From NCBI RefSeq assembly GCF_009914755.1, contig NC_060938.1: a DNA stretch of 64,000 nt. One strand, written 5' to 3'. Shown one piece after another: positions 60,215-64,000 of the stretch. This stretch comes from the human T2T-CHM13v2.0 reference genome, Homo sapiens. The translations under genes were made by a program, and so were the position numbers. The notes beneath the pieces are model-generated. The model had not been told where the DNA came from. It saw nothing but the letters and a program-made list of their open reading frames with translations, and searched no databases. Each line of letters opens with the position of its first letter. Positions within the stretch are counted from its first letter, which is position 1.

Positions 60215-60297
60215 TTAATTCCTTATTATGAAGACATGTAATTCATATAACAAAAGCAGTAAAAATGTCTAGAATCCTATGTACTTTCCAGAATGCT

Positions 60298-61545
60298 GTA
60301 AAGAGCTAAGCTGCCATGGAGTTGAAATAGCTAATTAAAACAATAAGCCAAAATGACAGTAACAGTCAAATCTTTACTAACTGAGATAGTTTAAGCAAGA
60401 AACTAAAGAGGAAAGATCGCTAGCTCCTCCAATGTTCCATTTTGTCCCATGAAACAGCTCCAGGCCAAGGTCATGTAGATCAGCACAAATGCAGATGTGG
60501 GAATTTTCTCAGCAAGGATCTTTTGACCAAGGAGCCATGAACAAAAAGCTCCTTTCATCTTATGGACCTGGGTCCTTGGGACAGAAAGAGGAGGAAGCGC
60601 TAAGAATGGGAAAATACTGAGTTCTGATTCAGAATAGAGAATAATGATTTCAAGGTTTCCCCTTTCTCCTCTCCCTTATCCCTCTCTCCCTATCATAAGG
60701 AGTTCTCTGCAAAGGTTTTATATTGAGGGTCCCTAATAAGGATAGCTCAGATGGGGGTGCCTGAGACTTGAATGGCAGACATGCACAGGAGGATGGTTGG
60801 CTAGCGGGGAATGAGTCCTAGACTGCAGCTCCCATTAGACATTGTAATGCACTGGCTGTTTGCCAATTCTGGTATAGGGAGAGTATCTTTCTCTAGTGAG
60901 GCCTGCCAGGTAAAGCCATTGTCATGGCCTATGGTTAGGCCTGAAAGATTACACATAGGGTTTCTGCCTGGAGTTGGACTCCTCAAATGCCTTTTGGATT
61001 TTCTGTCAAGTGGTAAACATTAAGGGAAGATTAAAACAACTCCAATTTGACAAGACAACTAAGGTCACTGTTCATGAAGAGTGGGCTCTTGCTGTGGAAA
61101 CTTGGATAATTTAGGATACTATAGAGAAGTGTGGAATGAATAATATAAAAAGAATGGTACAAATACCATCCACAGTTCCATGATCAGTTATAAAATTAAG
61201 TATGTAATACATTCTTGGGTTTTCTTCTCTTCTGCATTGTCATGTATATAATTGTTTGTCTTATTATCTTCCATTTTTCCCATCATTTTTAGGGTAGGCT
61301 GGTTTGAATAACTTCATAATTTGTTATCTTATTTCAGGATATTAAGACATAGTTGAGACTGAAGCTGAAGAGGAGTGAATATCATGGATACCTATTTTGG
61401 ATAGGACCACTGCATTTTAATTTGTGCAACATATATTTGAATTATATTTGACAGGATCATGTACTTGTTACTGTTACTCTTTTGAAGTTTAAGCTTTAGA
61501 AAAGGCAGGTGCATGGATATTGAATAGTCTTAAGCTGGACCATCG
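60298..61545. mobile_element. Probable old ERVL-class sequence (LTR-like part plus HERV16/ERV3-16A3-like internal 3' end)
   Basis: GC-richer block; 61330-61540 resembles the remembered ERVL-int 3' end; family and boundaries uncertain. Confidence 0.4.
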
Positions 61546-63198
61546 GCTATTTCAGACTGGCTTACTCAGGCATATTCCAAAACTCTGGTAGTTTGACTAA
61601 GTACTTGCTCAATTTGGAACAGCTAAAAATGATATCCCCAGGCTTACTCACAATTCAGGTTTTACATTAAACCTACCTTCTTTAAGGAAAAGAGCCTGAG
61701 ATAGAAGGTGCCTTCCTATTCTTTTTCCTGACAAGCAATGTAACAAAACCATTTACTTTCCTGTAACAACAGTCACAAAGGACCAAATGTCCAGTCCTTA
61801 GTTCTGTGGCCAACATTCTGTGTTATTCAAATATGAACCATGGCTGAGATCCTATGATCAAGAAGCAAGCAGCTATGACAGAAGTATTTTAATGCTTAGA
61901 GGAAAAAAAAAAACAAAGGTAGCAACTCACTGTTAGGTTAGGGTTAGTCTGCAGATACCTGGATTAAGATATTTTAAGCCACTGTGTGGTCCCTGGCTGA
62001 CCAGTGTGAGTTCATTTATATCTATCTCCTCTATTTGGATAACAGTAAAAACATAACAGAGGGAGATGGATTCCATAAATATGACTGTTGAAAATGTTAT
62101 AGCTACAGAGGATCTAAGATGTATGTTTGGTAGTTGGACTAATGTATTGTTTGGATCAAATAAAATATGTGTTAGAGAATGCAACTGTTTATTCACAGTA
62201 TAGGGGCACAGTTTAGGCCCAGATCAGTCAGGAAGGTGGCAAACTGTTTCACACATTTCCTGCCATGTAAATCAGAAATGTTGTGTAGAACAGAACTTAT
62301 ATACAAGCTAAAATAAGTAAACACAAAACAAAAGATAGTGACCAAAATCTTTAGCAAGAAGAGGTGCATCACAAAAGGAAAGAGGAACAGGAATGACCTG
62401 ATATGAAACTATAAGGTACCCCTGTAAGAGATATGAATGGAGGCTGCTACAGTAAGTCTAAGGCCAACAATGTAGAGAGAAACAGATGAATTTTTTCTTT
62501 GTATTGTTAAATTAAAATGCAAACATTCGAGCTTCCCAGCTTCCACATCAAAGTAGAAAAAAAAAGAAATTTGATTAGAAATGTTTGTCTAGCTTTTATG
62601 AAGGATGACAGAAAAAATTATTGTTTCTCAAAGCAGTTTTTCTAAAAGTACATTTGTAAAATGGACAATGTGCCTCAAGTTACAAAAAATTATTTTATTA
62701 TTCTCTGTGTAAATATGTTTCCCATGAGTACATTTAATGATGTTTAGACTAACAATTTTGTTTAAATTTTAAGTTAATAAGATAAACTTTGAAACTGGGA
62801 AAAAAACAAATAGCAAAGTTAGCATAATTTTAGTGCCAGTGGTTGCACAGGAGATCCTGATTCTCCAGCTTCTCAGTCATGGCAAAAGGAACAACAGTCT
62901 CAGCTCTGTCGTTTTTCTGGAGGAGTTCTAGCAATCATTTAGAAGATCAGCCCAAGACCTGCTCCACCAACTCTCCAATCGTGTAAGAAACTAATTCTAT
63001 ATATTAAATTTTGTTTGCCTATATTACCTAAAGATTTATTCTTATAATCTATAATGGAAAATTGAAATATTGAGTATGCTGATGAAAAAGATTACATTTT
63101 CTTAAACAAATGTTCACTCCTAAATGACAAATTCAATTATAGTAACAAATTTAGGTAGGCATAAAAAGAGAAAAGTGAAAATACAATTGAAAAATTGA

Positions 63199-63566
<368 letters not shown>

Positions 63567-63738
63567 TTATAATGTATAATTAACTCAAGGATTAATATTA
63601 TTTGACACAATTTTGAGCATACTAAAAGGTAACTGGATTTTATAATCTAATTAAAAAGTCAAATAAGTAAATACAATGAGTATTACCTTTATAAATACTT
63701 TAAGACGCATTCGAGTATATGCTATAATGGAAATATTC

Positions 63739-64000
63739 GGCCGGGCGCAGTGACTCACGCCTGTAATCCCAGCACTTTGGGAGGCCGAGGCGGGTGGATC
63801 ACGAGGTCAGGAGGTTGAGACCATCCTGGTTAACATGGTGAAACCCCGTCTCTACTCAAAATACAAAAAAAATTAGCCGGGTGTGGTGGCAGGCGCCTGT
63901 AGTCCCAGCTACTCAGGAGGCTGAGGCAGGAGAATGGTGTGAACCCAGGAGGCGGAGCTTGCAGTGAGCCGAGATTGCGCTGCTGCACTCCAGCCTGAGC
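63739..64000 (+). mobile_element. AluY, cut by the window edge
   Basis: GGCCGGGCGCAGTGACTCACGCC... full body up to CAGCCTGAGC. Confidence 0.95.

Overview
Primate (most likely human) AT-rich, CpG-poor genomic DNA typical of a gene desert or a very large intron. I find no intact protein-coding gene: the recognisable ORFs map to Alu, L1, MaLR, Tigger or pseudogene sequence, and the remaining short ORFs show no recognisable homology. The window is a dense fossil record of mobile DNA. It holds 14 Alus (including a Ya5-like and a Yd-lineage copy), several L1s, L2/MIR, four MaLR (MSTA/THE1) elements, solo ERV LTRs (one nested inside another), Tigger1, Tigger3b, MER8 and MER58. The most informative non-TE feature is a minus-strand retrocopy at about 9381-9951. 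It starts at the 5' end of the H/ACA snoRNA SNORA70, continues through the rest of its host intron and the spliced last exons of RPL10, and has a tail that has become an (AGAT)n microsatellite. This is a fossil of a snoRNA-ended, polyadenylated RNA. Also present are a 7SL pseudogene and three small fold-back/template-switch scars, one a chain of four overlapping inverted repeats at 19335-19418. Repeat subfamily names come from remembered consensus sequences and were not verified by search. I found no evidence for a truly new biological system.
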